Origin: an uncultured Chloroflexia bacterium
GTDB lineage: Bacteria > Chloroflexota > Limnocylindria > Limnocylindrales > CSP1-4
DNA: 64,000 nucleotides
Direction: 5' to 3'
NCBI GenBank assembly: GCA_963766735.1
Contig: CAVYBU010000008.1
Span: forward strand, 256,001 to 320,000
The position numbers and the translations under genes are program-made. The notes below the pieces were generated by a model that saw only the letters and a program-made list of their open reading frames with translations, did no database searches and was not told the DNA's origin. Below, in pieces: positions 44,662 through 55,698 of this stretch (position 1 is its first letter; the number at the start of each line of letters is the position of its first letter).

Positions 44662-46611
44662 ATGGGCAAGATCATCGGCATCGACCTCGGGACGACGAAC
44701 AGCGTCGTCGCTGTGATGGAGGGCGGCGAGCCCACCGTCATCCCCTCGTCCGAAGGCAACCGCACGGTGCCGTCGGTCGTCGGCTTCTCCAAGACCGGCG
44801 AGCGCGTTGTCGGCCAGCTGGCCAAGCGCCAGGCCGTCACCAACCCGACCAACACGGTCTACTCGATCAAGCGCTTCATGGGCCGCCGCTGGGACGACCC
44901 GGAGGTCCAGCGCTCCAAGGGCTTCGTGCCGTATACCGTGGAGAAGGACCCCAAGTCCGACGGCATCCGCGTGGTCGCCGGCGGCGGCCACTACACGCCG
45001 CCCGAGATCAGCGCAATGGTCCTCCAGAAGCTCAAGTCGGATGCCGAGGCCTACCTGGGCGAGAAGGTCACCGAGGCGGTCATCACCGTCCCCGCGTACT
45101 TCGACGACACCCAGCGCCAGGCGACCAAGGACGCGGGCCGGATCGCGGGCCTCGACGTCAAGCGGATCATCAACGAGCCCACGGCCTCGGCCCTGGCCTA
45201 CGGCCTGGACAAGAAGCACGACGAGAAGATCGCCGTCTACGACCTGGGCGGCGGGACCTTCGACATCTCGATCCTGGAGCTGGGCGAGGGCGTGTTCGAG
45301 GTCAAGGCCACCAACGGCGACACGCACCTGGGTGGGGACGACTTCGACCAGCGCGTGATCGACTGGCTGCTGGCCGAGTTCAAGAAGGACCAGGGGATCG
45401 ACCTGTCCAAGGACCAGCAGGCCCTCCAGCGCCTCAAGGAGGCCGCCGAGAAGGCGAAGATCGAGCTCTCCTCGACCTCGACCACCGAGATCAACCTGCC
45501 GTACGTCACCGCCGACGCCTCGGGGCCGAAGCACCTGGTCATGAACCTGTCCCGGGCGAAGCTCGAGGACCTGGTCCGCGACCTGATCGGGATGACGAAG
45601 GGGCCGGTCCTGGCGGCGATCAAGGACTCGGGGCTCAAGCCGGGTGAGATCGACGAGGTGATCCTCGTCGGCGGCATGACCCGCATGCCCGCGGTCCAGG
45701 AGATGGTCAAGGGCCTGTTCGGGAAGGAGCCCCACAAGGGCGTCAACCCTGACGAGGTGGTTGCGATCGGCGCCGCCATCCAGGCCGGCGTGCTGGGCGG
45801 CGAGGTGAAGGACGTCCTCCTCCTCGACGTGACGCCGCTGTCCCTGGGCATCGAGACGCTGGGCGGGGTCATGACCCGCCTCATCGACCGCAACACCACC
45901 ATCCCGACCTCGAAGTCGCAGGTGTTCTCGACCGCCTCGGACAACCAGAGCCAGGTCGAGATCCACGTCCTGCAGGGCGAGCGCGATTTCGCGAACGACA
46001 ACAAGACCCTCGGCCGGTTCATCCTGGACGGGATCCCGCCCGCCCCGCGAGGCATCCCGCAGGTCGAGGTCACGTTCGACATCGACGCGAACGGGATCCT
46101 CGACGTCCGGGCCAAGGACCGGGCGACGTCCAAGGAGCAGCAGGTCCGGATCACGGCCTCGTCGATGCTGTCCAAGGATGACGTGGACAAGATGGTCCGC
46201 GAGGCCGAGAGCCACGCAGACGAGGACAAGCAGCGGCGCGAGGAGGTTGAGCTCCGCAACCAGGCGGAGCAGCTGACCTACCAGGCCGAGCGGACGATCA
46301 AGGACCTGGGCGACAAGGTGTCGTCCGAGGATCGCGCGACCGTCGAGACGCAGGTCGAGGGGATGCGCGAGGCGCTCAAGGGTTCCGACACGGAGCTGAT
46401 CAAGGCCGGGATGACGACCCTGGTCGAGACGCTGTCACGGGTGTCGACGGCCGCATACCAGGCGGCCTCGGAGAGTGACGACGCTGCTGGCGGCGAGGGT
46501 GCCTCCGACGGCGAGTCCGGGTCCGCCGAGTCCGGCGAGGCGGGATCCGGCGAGGGCGCCGACGCAGAACCTGCCGACGAGACGGTCGAAGGGGAGTTCA
46601 AGGAGGTCTAG
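44662..46611 (+). CDS. dnaK: chaperone DnaK
   Basis: [35 protein letters not shown]. Confidence 0.98.
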   Translation: MGKIIGIDLGTTNSVVAVMEGGEPTVIPSSEGNRTVPSVVGFSKTGERVVGQLAKRQAVTNPTNTVYSIKRFMGRRWDDPEVQRSKGFVPYTVEKDPKSDGIRVVAGGGHYTPPEISAMVLQKLKSDAEAYLGEKVTEAVITVPAYFDDTQRQATKDAGRIAGLDVKRIINEPTASALAYGLDKKHDEKIAVYDLGGGTFDISILELGEGVFEVKATNGDTHLGGDDFDQRVIDWLLAEFKKDQGIDLSKDQQALQRLKEAAEKAKIELSSTSTTEINLPYVTADASGPKHLVMNLSRAKLEDLVRDLIGMTKGPVLAAIKDSGLKPGEIDEVILVGGMTRMPAVQEMVKGLFGKEPHKGVNPDEVVAIGAAIQAGVLGGEVKDVLLLDVTPLSLGIETLGGVMTRLIDRNTTIPTSKSQVFSTASDNQSQVEIHVLQGERDFANDNKTLGRFILDGIPPAPRGIPQVEVTFDIDANGILDVRAKDRATSKEQQVRITASSMLSKDDVDKMVREAESHADEDKQRREEVELRNQAEQLTYQAERTIKDLGDKVSSEDRATVETQVEGMREALKGSDTELIKAGMTTLVETLSRVSTAAYQAASESDDAAGGEGASDGESGSAESGEAGSGEGADAEPADETVEGEFKEV

Positions 46612-46640
46612 CGCCTCACGCGGATCCTCGTTTCCGAGCA

Positions 46641-46665
46641 CGGCCCGCCGGCCTCCGGCGGGCCG
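46641..46665 (+). terminator. hairpin after dnaK
   Basis: CGGCCCGCCGG-CCT-CCGGCGGGCCG perfect stem. Confidence 0.65.
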
Positions 46666-46818
46666 CTCAATTCCAGCCGTCGCGTCCCGCCCAAGCCCCG
46701 CCGTCGTCAGGGTGCGCGAATCGCGAGACCGAACCGAACGGGATCGGTTGCGGGCAGGAAGGGGCCGCGGCTTGACCCCGGCTCATGCGCGCCCGGACCG
46801 GCGGCTAGACTCTGCGTC

Positions 46819-46875
46819 GTGATCTGCGCATGTGACGCCCTGCCAGGCAGGCCCTGCGAAGGCAACCCCGGGTGA
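46819..46875 (+). CDS. putative leaderless Cys-rich leader peptide MICACDALPGRPCEGNPG
   Basis: TAGACT (46806-46811) 7 nt before GTG; TGA overlaps ktrB GTG. Confidence 0.4.
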   Translation: MICACDALPGRPCEGNPG

Positions 46876-48296
46876 AACTCCAGGGGCGGCGGATCGGCGA
46901 CCAGCGCGTGCGCATCGAGCGGGTCAAGCCGCAGGAGTTCCACGTCGGGCGCGACCGGCGCGTGCGCCGACCTCCGCCTCCGGCCGCGGTCGTCCTGGTT
47001 GCGGGGTTCGCGATCCTCATCGCGGTGGGCTTCGTGATGCTCATGCTGCCCTTCGCAACCGCGGATGGCACGTCGACCCGGCCGGTTGACGCATTGTTCA
47101 TCGCCACGTCCGCCGTCTGCGTGACGGGGCTCGTGGTCGTGGATACGGGAACGCACTGGAGCCCGTTCGGGCAGGTCGTGATCATGCTGCTCGTCCAGGC
47201 CGGCGGGTTCGGATTCATGACCGGATCCACGCTCCTGTTGTTCCTGCTCGTGGGGCGCCGGACGGGACTCCGGGACCGGGTCCTGGCCCAGGAGTCCACC
47301 GGCGTCGCCGACCTTGGCTCCGTGACCGCCCTGATCGGGCGCCTCGCGGTGTTCACGGTGATCGCCGAGGGGCTCGGGGCCGTGGCCCTGTTCATCGCCT
47401 TCATGGCCCGGTTCGGCGACCCCGGGAAGGCCGCCTGGGAGGGCCTGTTCCTCGCAGTGTCGGCGTTCAACAACTCCGGTTTCGACCTCACGGGCGGCTT
47501 CCGGAGCCTGGCGCCGTTCGCCGACGACCCGTTCGTCCTGGCACCGATCGGGCTGCTGATCGTCTTCGGCGGCCTGGGCTACGCCATCGTCGGAGACGCC
47601 CTGGCGAAGCGCCGGTGGCGGCGGCTCGCCCTCGAGACGAAGCTCGTCCTGCTCACGACGTCGATCCTCCTGTTCGGCGGTGCCGCGGCGATCGCGGTCT
47701 TCGAGTGGACCAATCCCGCCACCCTGGGGCGGATGCCGGAGCCGCAGCGCCTGCTCAACGCGCTGTTCGAGTCGGCAACACTGCGGACGGCGGGGTTCAG
47801 CGCGCTGCCCACCGGCGAGCTGGCAGTGGCGACGCTGTTCGTCGTCATGGCGCTCATGTTCATCGGTGGGGCCTCGGGTTCCACGTCGGGCGGCATCAAG
47901 GTGAACACCTTCTCCATCCTGCTGTTCACGATCATCTCGACGGCACGCGGGCGTCCATCCGCCGAGGCGTTCGGGCGTCGCGTGCCGCACATCCTCATCT
48001 ACCGGGCCCTGTCGATCGCGCTGCTCTCGGTCGCCGCCGTGTTCGTGTTCGCGCTCGGGCTGGAACTCATGGCGGGCTTCTCCTTCGTCAGCGTCCTGTT
48101 CGAAGCCGTGTCGGCGGTCGGAACCGTCGGGGCCTCGACCGGCATCACCCCCAACCTCCCCGATGCCGCCCGCTTCTGGCTCATCCCGGCGATGTTCATC
48201 GGTCGCCTGGGGCCGCTCACCCTCGTCATCGCCCTGTCGGCGCGCGCACGGCCGGTTCGGTACCGACCGGCCGTCGAGACCATTCGCATCGGCTGA
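46872..48296 (+). CDS. ktrB: Ktr/Trk potassium uptake membrane subunit
   Basis: SAVCVTGL, SAFNNSGF, RTAGFS, FIGGASGSTSGGIK, SAVGTVG pore motifs. Confidence 0.92.
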   Translation: MKLQGRRIGDQRVRIERVKPQEFHVGRDRRVRRPPPPAAVVLVAGFAILIAVGFVMLMLPFATADGTSTRPVDALFIATSAVCVTGLVVVDTGTHWSPFGQVVIMLLVQAGGFGFMTGSTLLLFLLVGRRTGLRDRVLAQESTGVADLGSVTALIGRLAVFTVIAEGLGAVALFIAFMARFGDPGKAAWEGLFLAVSAFNNSGFDLTGGFRSLAPFADDPFVLAPIGLLIVFGGLGYAIVGDALAKRRWRRLALETKLVLLTTSILLFGGAAAIAVFEWTNPATLGRMPEPQRLLNALFESATLRTAGFSALPTGELAVATLFVVMALMFIGGASGSTSGGIKVNTFSILLFTIISTARGRPSAEAFGRRVPHILIYRALSIALLSVAAVFVFALGLELMAGFSFVSVLFEAVSAVGTVGASTGITPNLPDAARFWLIPAMFIGRLGPLTLVIALSARARPVRYRPAVETIRIG

Positions 48297-48312
48297 GGCC
48301 GGAAGGAGACGC

Positions 48313-48960
48313 ATGAAGCACTCGGTGCTGGTCCTCGGCCTTGGGCGTTTCGGCTCGGCGGCCGCGCGCGAGCTGATGCGCCTGGGGCACGAGGTGCTCG
48401 CCATCGATTCCAACGAGGCGGTCATCAACGACATCGCGCCGGAGGTGACCCACGCGCTGCAGCTGGACGCGGCCGACGAGCAGGCCCTCCGGGCGGTAGG
48501 AGCCGCCGACTTCGACCACGCAATCGTCGCGATCTCCAGCGGGATCGAGACCAGCATCTTCGCGACGATGGCGCTCAAGAAGCTGGGCGTGGGCAACGTG
48601 ATCGCAAAGGCGGCGAACCCGCTCCACGGGGCGATCCTGGAGATGGTGGGAGCGGACCGGGTGGTCTTCCCGGAGCGTGAGATGGGGTTGAGGGTCGCCC
48701 ACTCGTTCAGCGTGCACAACGTCATCGACTACCTCGATGTCGCCCCGCGGTTCGGGATCGTCAAGGTGCGGCCGCCGCAGTCGTTCATCGGCAGGACGAT
48801 CCGGGACCTGGACCTGACGAACCGCCTGCACCTGACGCCGATTGCCGTGCGACGCGGCGACGAGGTGACGGTGAACCCGCACCGGGATGACGTGCTCAAG
48901 GCGGGCGACGAGCTGATCCTCATCGGTCTCGACGATCGGCTGGACGCGCTCGGGGAATAG
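48313..48960 (+). CDS. ktrA: Ktr/Trk RCK regulatory subunit
   Basis: GLGRFG, GADRVVFPEREMG, C-terminal RCK_C. Confidence 0.92.
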   Translation: MKHSVLVLGLGRFGSAAARELMRLGHEVLAIDSNEAVINDIAPEVTHALQLDAADEQALRAVGAADFDHAIVAISSGIETSIFATMALKKLGVGNVIAKAANPLHGAILEMVGADRVVFPEREMGLRVAHSFSVHNVIDYLDVAPRFGIVKVRPPQSFIGRTIRDLDLTNRLHLTPIAVRRGDEVTVNPHRDDVLKAGDELILIGLDDRLDALGE

Positions 48961-48964
48961 CCCG

Positions 48965-49040
48965 CCGGGTCACACGAGCCAGCGAGTTCCCGTGGTGGCA
49001 CACGGCGACGAGCCCGGGTCACACGAGCCAGGGAGTCCCC
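48965..49040. repeat. 27-bp direct repeat pair
   Basis: CCGGGTCACACGAGCCAGCGAGTTCCC (48965) and CCGGGTCACACGAGCCAGGGAGTCCCC (49014). Confidence 0.8.
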
Positions 49041-49085
49041 TGACGATCCGCGCGACCGGTCGTCGCCGCTGCGGTAAGATCGGGG

Positions 49086-49829
49086 ATGCAACCGACCGAC
49101 CGGTCGGTCGGTCGTCAGCAGAGCGTACCGACGGCAGCACCGCCGTCCGAGCGAGGATCCACGCCCGTGCCCAAGCCCGATCCTGCCGAGCAGAGCCGGA
49201 GTCGCCGCGAGCGGATCCTGGACGCAGCGTTCACGGCCTTCGCCACGCGCGGCTACCGGGATACGGCTGTGGACGACATCGCGGGCGCGGCGGAGACGTC
49301 CAAGGGCGGCATCTACTTCCACTTCCCGACCAAGGACGCGATCTTCCGTGAGCTGATGCAGACCACCGCGGACAAGCTGGTGGGGCGGGTGGAGCGCGCG
49401 GTGGCCCTGGAGGCGGAGCCGGTGGCGCGCGCGGAGGCGGCGATCCGGACCGTGCTGTCGACGTTCGCCGGTCACCGCACGATGGCCCGGCTGCTGTTCC
49501 TGGACACGGTCGGCGCGGGCCGCGTCTTCCAGGCCGAGGCGAACGCGCTCCACGCCCGGTTCGCGGTGCTGATCCAGGGGTACCTGGACGACGCCGTGGC
49601 GGCCGGCGCCATCCCGCCGCTGGACACGCGGATCACGAGCATCGCGTGGTTCGGGGCGATCAACGAGGTGGTCGGCCGCTGGCTCCTGGCGGACCAGGCG
49701 GCCCAGCTCGAGGATGCCTACCCGGCCCTGCGGGCCGCCCTCCTGCGGAGCGCCGGCGTGCCGGCGGAACGGATCGGCGAGATCCCGCTCCCTGCGGAGG
49801 GCTGGGACTTCCCCGAGGCCGCACCGTGA
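49086..49829 (+). CDS. TetR/AcrR family regulator (start may be GTG 49167)
   Basis: RERILDAA...GY...DDIA...SKGGIYFHFPTKDAIF HTH; stop overlaps menF start. Confidence 0.9.
   Translation: MQPTDRSVGRQQSVPTAAPPSERGSTPVPKPDPAEQSRSRRERILDAAFTAFATRGYRDTAVDDIAGAAETSKGGIYFHFPTKDAIFRELMQTTADKLVGRVERAVALEAEPVARAEAAIRTVLSTFAGHRTMARLLFLDTVGAGRVFQAEANALHARFAVLIQGYLDDAVAAGAIPPLDTRITSIAWFGAINEVVGRWLLADQAAQLEDAYPALRAALLRSAGVPAERIGEIPLPAEGWDFPEAAP
49091..49112. promoter_or_regulatory. perfect 22-bp palindrome, probable TetR operator
   Basis: ACCGACCGACCGGTCGGTCGGT 10 nt downstream of -10 TAAGAT (49075-49080). Confidence 0.7.
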
Positions 49830-51292
49830 CCGCGGTTCACCCGACGCCCGGGCGGGTGGATGGCGCCGGACTGGGCGAGCGACTCCATCGCCTGTTCGGC
49901 GGGGCGGGTCCCGCGGCCGGTCTCACCTCGGCCACGGTCGCCGTGACGGGGATCGACCCGATCTCGCTCTATGCGGCCACCGTGGAAGCCGATCTTGAGG
50001 CCGTGCTCTGGCTGCGCCCGTCCGAGGGCACGGCGTTCGTGGGGATCGGACGCGCCTGGGCCACGGAGCCTGCGGGTGAGAGCCGCTTCCGTGCCGCCGA
50101 AGCCGCCTGGCGCGCCCTGGTGCGCGACGCCCGCATCGACCGCCAGGACGGTGACGGCCGCGGCGCGGGCCCTGTCCTCCTCGGTGCCATGGGCTTCACC
50201 GGCCGTGCCCCCGCGGCGGACGACGTGTGGTCCCCATTCGGCCCAAGCTCGCTCGTCCTGCCCGAGCTCCTTCTCTCGGTCACCCCCCGCGGCGCCACGC
50301 TCACCGGTTCCATTGTCGGAGGCGGCGTGGATGTTCCCGGGACCGGTGCTCCCGAACCCCGCGCCCTCGAACGTCTCTGGGACCAGCTCGCGGAGCGCGC
50401 CCGCAATCTCGCACCCAGCCCGAGCGGCATGGTCGCCCGGCCTGTCTTCGCCCCGCTGATCACGGCCGAGGAGCAGCCCCCGAAGGACGCCTTCCGCCGC
50501 CTGGTCGGCATGTTCTCGGGTGCGGTCGGCCGCGGCAGGATCGACAAGGTGGTCCTCGCCCGACGCGTCGGCCTCCGCTCCCCGGTGGAGCTCGATGTCC
50601 CGAACGCCCTCCGTCGCCTCGCCGCCAGCGCTCCCGAGAGCACCACCTATGCGTTCCGCCGCGAGGGGCGCACGTTCCTGGGTGCCACCCCCGAGCGCCT
50701 CGTCAGGACGGAAGGCCGCACGTTCCGGACCGCCGCCGTCGCCGGCACGATCGGCCGGGGGGCAGACGCAGCCGAGGACGACGCGCTGGGCCGTGCCCTC
50801 CTGGCCTCGGAGAAGGACCACGAGGAGCACGCGATCGTCGTGGCGGCGATCCGGGAGCTGCTCACGCCGGTCGCCGACACGCTGGAGGTTGCGCCAAGGC
50901 CCGGCCTCATGACCCTCCGCTTCGTCCAGCACCTCGTGACGGAGATCTCCGGCACCGTGCCCGACGCGCACGGCCTCCTGGCGCTGGGCGAGCGCCTCCA
51001 CCCGACGCCGGCCGTCGGGGGTGAGCCGCGGGACGTGGCGCTCGCGATGATCGACGAGCACGAGGGCTTCGATCGCGGCTGGTACGCGAGCCCGATCGGC
51101 TGGCTGGGTGCGGACGGCGATGGCGAGCTGTGCGTGGCCCTGCGCTGCGGGATCGTGGACCGGACGCGGGCGACGCTGTTCGCCGGGTGCGGCATCGTCG
51201 CGGATTCGGACCCCGACCTCGAGTGGGAAGAGTCGCGGATCAAGCTGCGCGCGGTGGTCTCCGCGCTGGGCATCCCGGGTGACGAGCGATGA
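49826..51292 (+). CDS. menF: isochorismate synthase
   Basis: KVVLAR, FLGATPERL, KDHEEH, LHPTPAVGG, AGCGIV. Confidence 0.92.
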   Translation: MTAVHPTPGRVDGAGLGERLHRLFGGAGPAAGLTSATVAVTGIDPISLYAATVEADLEAVLWLRPSEGTAFVGIGRAWATEPAGESRFRAAEAAWRALVRDARIDRQDGDGRGAGPVLLGAMGFTGRAPAADDVWSPFGPSSLVLPELLLSVTPRGATLTGSIVGGGVDVPGTGAPEPRALERLWDQLAERARNLAPSPSGMVARPVFAPLITAEEQPPKDAFRRLVGMFSGAVGRGRIDKVVLARRVGLRSPVELDVPNALRRLAASAPESTTYAFRREGRTFLGATPERLVRTEGRTFRTAAVAGTIGRGADAAEDDALGRALLASEKDHEEHAIVVAAIRELLTPVADTLEVAPRPGLMTLRFVQHLVTEISGTVPDAHGLLALGERLHPTPAVGGEPRDVALAMIDEHEGFDRGWYASPIGWLGADGDGELCVALRCGIVDRTRATLFAGCGIVADSDPDLEWEESRIKLRAVVSALGIPGDER

Positions 51293-53040
51293 GTGACGCG
51301 GCGGGTCTCCGGGCCTTCGTCGAGGCGCTGGTCGCGGCGGGAATCCGCGAGGCGGTTGTCTGCCCGGGGTCGCGGAGCACCCCGCTTGCCCTGGCCCTTC
51401 GTGCGTCGGCCGGGGTTCGCGTCCGGGTCCTCTACGACGAGCGTGCAGCCGGGTTCTTCGCCCTGGGGATGGCCCGGACGTCGCGGCGACCGGTCGTGCT
51501 GGTTGCGACCTCGGGGACGGCGGTCGTCGAGTTCGCGCCGGCCGTAGTCGAGGCACAGCTCTCACGGGTGCCTCTGGTCCTGCTGACGGCGGACCGGCCG
51601 GCAGAGTTGCGGGACCGCGGCGCCCCCCAGGCGATCGACCAGGCCAACCTCTACGGTCGGGCGGCGAAGTGGTTCACGGAGCTGCCGTTGCTCGATGGCG
51701 ATGCCGCCACGCTGGCGCACTGGCGATGGGTGGCGGGACGCGCGGCGGCCGTGGCGATGACGGGCCCGGCGGGACCCGTTCAGGTCAACGTGCCGTTCCG
51801 GGAGCCGCTCCTGCCCGACGGACCCCTTGGGACGCCGGCGGCCGATGCCGGGGCCGAGCCCTTCGTCGCGTCGATTGCCGGGCGCCGGATGCTGGACGAA
51901 GACGCGCTGGGCGCGCTGGCAGGACGGCTGGCCGGGGTGGAACGCGGGCTCATCATCGCCGGGCCGGACGACGATCCGGCGCTGCCGGCCGCCCTCGCCG
52001 CACTCGCCGCCGCCACCGGCTTCCCGATCCTGGCGGATCCCCTCTCCGGGCTTCGGACAGGGCGCCACGACCGGGGCGCGGTCATCGCGCGGGCGGACCA
52101 GCTGGTGCGGCCCGGACCGTGGATAGACACGCACGCACCAGACCTCGTCATCCGCACCGGCGCCATGCCCACATCGAAGCCGTTGGTGGAGCTGCTCGCG
52201 CGCGTCCGCCCGGAGGTTGTGGTGCTGGACGGCGATGGCGGCTGGCGCGAGGCGGCGCTGGTGCCGGCAACCTTCGTCCACGCCGACGCGGCGATGACGG
52301 CCCAGGCGCTGGCCGGGATGCTGGAACCCGCGAGCCGGACGTGGTCGGGCGGCTGGGTGCAGGCAGATCGGGCGGCCGGCGAGGCGATGGCAGGCTGGCT
52401 CGCGGCCCTCGACGAGCCCTTCGAAGGCTCACCCTGGCCGGTTCTGGCCGGAGCCCTCCCGGACGGTGCCGTCCTGTGGGCGGCCAGCTCCATGCCCGTC
52501 CGCGACATGGACGCCTGGCTCCCGTCCACGGACCGCGCCATCGCCGTGCGCGCGAACCGGGGCGCCAACGGCATCGACGGTGTCGTCTCCACGGCGCTGG
52601 GTTCGGCGGCGGTCGCCGGGGGCCCGGTTGCCCTGGTGTGCGGCGACATCGCTTTCCTTCACGACCTCAACGCCCTGGTCGCCGCTCGCCTCCACGGCCT
52701 GTCCGCCACGATCGTGCTGGTCAACAACGACGGCAGCGGGATCTTCTCGTTCCTGCCCCAGGCCCAGCCCGAGGCCGCGCTGCCCGGCACCGGCCTTCCC
52801 GAGCACTACGAGGAGCTGTTCGGGACGCCGCACGGCATCGACGTCGCGCCGATCGTGATCGCGCTGGGCGGGGAGCATCGCGTGATCCAGGGCGGGGACC
52901 TCGAGGAGGCCATCCGCGCCTCGGTCGCCCGGCCCGGCGTCCGCGTCCTCGAGCTCCGAACCGACCGGACACGGAACGTGGACCTGCACCGCGAGGTGGC
53001 GGCGGTCGTCGCGAAGGCGCTCGCGGAACTGGTGCCGTGA
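51289..53040 (+). CDS. menD: SEPHCHC synthase
   Basis: CPGSRSTPL, DERAAGFFALG, TADRP, NRGANGIDG, GDIAFLHD. Confidence 0.96.
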   Translation: MSDAAGLRAFVEALVAAGIREAVVCPGSRSTPLALALRASAGVRVRVLYDERAAGFFALGMARTSRRPVVLVATSGTAVVEFAPAVVEAQLSRVPLVLLTADRPAELRDRGAPQAIDQANLYGRAAKWFTELPLLDGDAATLAHWRWVAGRAAAVAMTGPAGPVQVNVPFREPLLPDGPLGTPAADAGAEPFVASIAGRRMLDEDALGALAGRLAGVERGLIIAGPDDDPALPAALAALAAATGFPILADPLSGLRTGRHDRGAVIARADQLVRPGPWIDTHAPDLVIRTGAMPTSKPLVELLARVRPEVVVLDGDGGWREAALVPATFVHADAAMTAQALAGMLEPASRTWSGGWVQADRAAGEAMAGWLAALDEPFEGSPWPVLAGALPDGAVLWAASSMPVRDMDAWLPSTDRAIAVRANRGANGIDGVVSTALGSAAVAGGPVALVCGDIAFLHDLNALVAARLHGLSATIVLVNNDGSGIFSFLPQAQPEAALPGTGLPEHYEELFGTPHGIDVAPIVIALGGEHRVIQGGDLEEAIRASVARPGVRVLELRTDRTRNVDLHREVAAVVAKALAELVP

Positions 53041-53855
53041 GCGGCCTCGTCATCGACGGCCTCCGCTGGGAGGTCCGGGCCCGCGGGACAGGTGCGCCCC
53101 TGCTCCTCCTGCACGGCTTCACCGGCCGCGGCACGGCCTGGGGCGCGCACGCGGCCGCCTTCGCCCGTTCCTTCCACGTGATCACCGTCGATCTCCCCGG
53201 CCATGGCCGCTCGGGCACGGGGGCGCCGGCCCGCATGACGATCGAGCGGACAGCGGACGACCTCGCCGCGATCCTCCGGCAGACGGGCACCGCCCCCGCA
53301 CACGTCCTCGGCTACTCGCTCGGCGCCAGGATCGCCCTCCGTCTCGCGGTCGCGCACCCGGATGCCGTCCGCCGCCTCGTGCTCGAGAGCCCTTCGGCGG
53401 GTCTGGCGACCGAGGATGAGCGTGCGACCCGCCGCGCGGCCGATGACGCCCTGGCGACGGGGATCGAGCGCGACGGCATCGCGACCTTCGTAGCCGCATG
53501 GGAGCGCCAGCCCGTCTTCGCCAGCCATGCCTCGCTTCCGCCCACGCGCGCCGCCCGGCTCCGCGCCATGCGCCTGTCCAACCGGCCCGACGGGCTTGCG
53601 GCCTCGCTCCGCGGCGCCGGCCAGGGCGTGATGGAGCCCCTGTTCGACCGCCTCGCCTCCGTTCGCGCGCAAGCCCTCGTCATCGCCGGCAACCTCGACG
53701 CTCGTGGCGAGCCGCGGGCGCGGCAGGTCGCCGACGGCATCCCGGGCGCACGGCTGGAGGTCATCGCCAACGCCGGCCACACTCCCCACGAAGAGCAACC
53801 GCGCGTCTTCCGTCGCCTCGCCCTCGACTTCCTGCAGGAGGTTCCCGCCGCATGA
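53037..53855 (+). CDS. menH: SHCHC synthase
   Basis: [34 protein letters not shown]; follows menD. Confidence 0.92.
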   Translation: MSGLVIDGLRWEVRARGTGAPLLLLHGFTGRGTAWGAHAAAFARSFHVITVDLPGHGRSGTGAPARMTIERTADDLAAILRQTGTAPAHVLGYSLGARIALRLAVAHPDAVRRLVLESPSAGLATEDERATRRAADDALATGIERDGIATFVAAWERQPVFASHASLPPTRAARLRAMRLSNRPDGLAASLRGAGQGVMEPLFDRLASVRAQALVIAGNLDARGEPRARQVADGIPGARLEVIANAGHTPHEEQPRVFRRLALDFLQEVPAA

Positions 53856-54691
53856 CAACGCCGACCGCGCCCGTTTCCTGGACTTCCATCGTCGAGTACA
53901 AGGACGTCCGGTACGAGCACTCGGGCACCGGCATCGCCAAGGTGACCATCAACCGCCCCGAAGTCCGCAATGCCTTCCGCCCGCAGACCGTGCGTGAGCT
54001 GATCGATGCCTTCGCGCGGATCCGCGACGACGCGTCCGTCGGCTGCGTCCTGCTCACCGGCGAAGGCGACATGGCCTTCTGCTCGGGTGGCGACCAGACG
54101 TACAAGAGCCACGGCGGGGGCTACCTGGACACCGACGGCGTCGCCCGCCTCAACGTCCTTGACCTCCAGCGTCAGATCCGGTCCCTGCCGATCCCGGTCA
54201 TCGCGCTGGTCAACGGCTATGCCATCGGCGGCGGCCACGTGCTCCACATCGTGTGCGACATGTCGATCGCGTCCGAGAACGCGATCTTCGGCCAGGTGGG
54301 CCCGAAGGTCGGCAGCTTCGACGCGGGCTTCGGAGTCGGGCTGCTGGCGCGGCTGGTGGGTGACAAGAAGGCGAAGGAGATCTGGTTCCTGTGCCGCCAG
54401 TACTCGGCGGCCGAGGCCCTGGAGATGCACCTCGTCAACCGGGTCGTGCCACTGGCGGACCTGGAGGCCGAGGGCGTGCAGTGGGCGAACGAGATCCTGG
54501 ACATGAGCCCCACCGCGATCCGGTTCCTCAAGTCGGCGTTCCTCGTCGCGACCGACGGCCTGGCGGGCCTCCAGGAGTTCGCGGGCAACGCCACCGGCCT
54601 CTACTACACGACGGACGAGGCGCACGAGGGGTCGACGGCGTTCCTGGAGAAGCGGCCGGCCGAATACCGCAAGTACCCGCGACGGCCCTGA
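53852..54691 (+). CDS. menB: 1,4-dihydroxy-2-naphthoyl-CoA synthase
   Basis: [29 protein letters not shown]. Confidence 0.97.
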   Translation: MTTPTAPVSWTSIVEYKDVRYEHSGTGIAKVTINRPEVRNAFRPQTVRELIDAFARIRDDASVGCVLLTGEGDMAFCSGGDQTYKSHGGGYLDTDGVARLNVLDLQRQIRSLPIPVIALVNGYAIGGGHVLHIVCDMSIASENAIFGQVGPKVGSFDAGFGVGLLARLVGDKKAKEIWFLCRQYSAAEALEMHLVNRVVPLADLEAEGVQWANEILDMSPTAIRFLKSAFLVATDGLAGLQEFAGNATGLYYTTDEAHEGSTAFLEKRPAEYRKYPRRP

Positions 54692-55698
54692 TGGCGAACG
54701 CTCCGGCGGCGGGCTCGGCTCCCGGCCCCACGGCCACTGACGCCCCCGCGCGGCCGTCCACGTTCCGAATCTGGCTGCTCGCCGCCCGGCCGGCCACGCT
54801 CCCCGCGGCGCTCGCGGGCGTGGTCGTGGGCCTGGGCGCGGCGCTGGCCGTGGGTGCCCCGTTCCGCCTCGACACCGCGCTCGGGTGCATCGCGGTCGCG
54901 CTCCTGCTCCAGGTGGTCGCCAACTTTGCCAACGACCTGTCCGATTTCCGGCGCGGCGCCGACACGCCCGATCGCATGGGTCCCGTGCGCGTGGCGGCGG
55001 CCGGCCTGGTGACGGAGCGGCAGCTGGAGGCCGCGATCGCGATCACCATCGGGCTGGCCGGGATCGTCGGGCTGTGGCTGGCCGTGGTCGGTGGGCCGGT
55101 GCTCATCGCGCTCGGCGTGCTGGCGGTGGTCGCCGCGCTCGCCTACACGGGCGGGCCGTTCCCGTACGGCTACCGCGCGCTGGGCGAGGTCTTCGTCTTC
55201 ATCTTCTTCGGCCTGGTGGCGGTGACCGGAACGGCCTACCTCCAGGCGTTGCGGTTCGACGCGCTGTTCCTCGTCGTCGCCGTCCCGCCGGGGGCGTTGA
55301 TCACGGCGATCCTGGTCGTCAACAACCTGCGCGACATCCCCACCGACACGGCCGCCGGCAAGCGCACGCTCGCGGTGGTGCTGGGCAGGCGGGCGACGCA
55401 GGCGGAGTTCGGCTCGCTGCTGGGCATCTCCTACGCGGTGCCGGCGATCCTGGTCGCGGCCTGGCTCGCGGGCTGGTCGCCGACGGGAGGTGAGGCACCG
55501 CTGGTGCCGTTCGTGCTGCTGCCGATGCTCACCCTGCCGATGACCCGCCGCCTGCTGGCCGCGGTGCGCGGTTACGGCGAGGCACGCGAGCTCAACCTGG
55601 TCCTGAAGGGGACGGCGCGGCTGTCGCTGGTCTTCTCGTTGCTGTTCGCGCTGGGCCTGGCCCTCGCCGGGTCGTCGCTCGAGGGCCTGGCCGGGTGA
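54691..55698 (+). CDS. menA: DHNA polyprenyltransferase
   Basis: ARPATL, NFANDLSDF, YTGGP, NNLRDIPTD, GKRTLAV. Confidence 0.95.
   Translation: MANAPAAGSAPGPTATDAPARPSTFRIWLLAARPATLPAALAGVVVGLGAALAVGAPFRLDTALGCIAVALLLQVVANFANDLSDFRRGADTPDRMGPVRVAAAGLVTERQLEAAIAITIGLAGIVGLWLAVVGGPVLIALGVLAVVAALAYTGGPFPYGYRALGEVFVFIFFGLVAVTGTAYLQALRFDALFLVVAVPPGALITAILVVNNLRDIPTDTAAGKRTLAVVLGRRATQAEFGSLLGISYAVPAILVAAWLAGWSPTGGEAPLVPFVLLPMLTLPMTRRLLAAVRGYGEARELNLVLKGTARLSLVFSLLFALGLALAGSSLEGLAG

Noticed and set aside
46680-46870. c-di-AMP (ydaO) riboswitch before ktrB
   Set aside because: Conserved GCUGAAUC, GGGGGA and GUCAGCUAAC segments not found
46612-46870. Absence of dnaJ after dnaK as a novelty
   Set aside because: dnaJ is often located elsewhere; cannot be judged from one window
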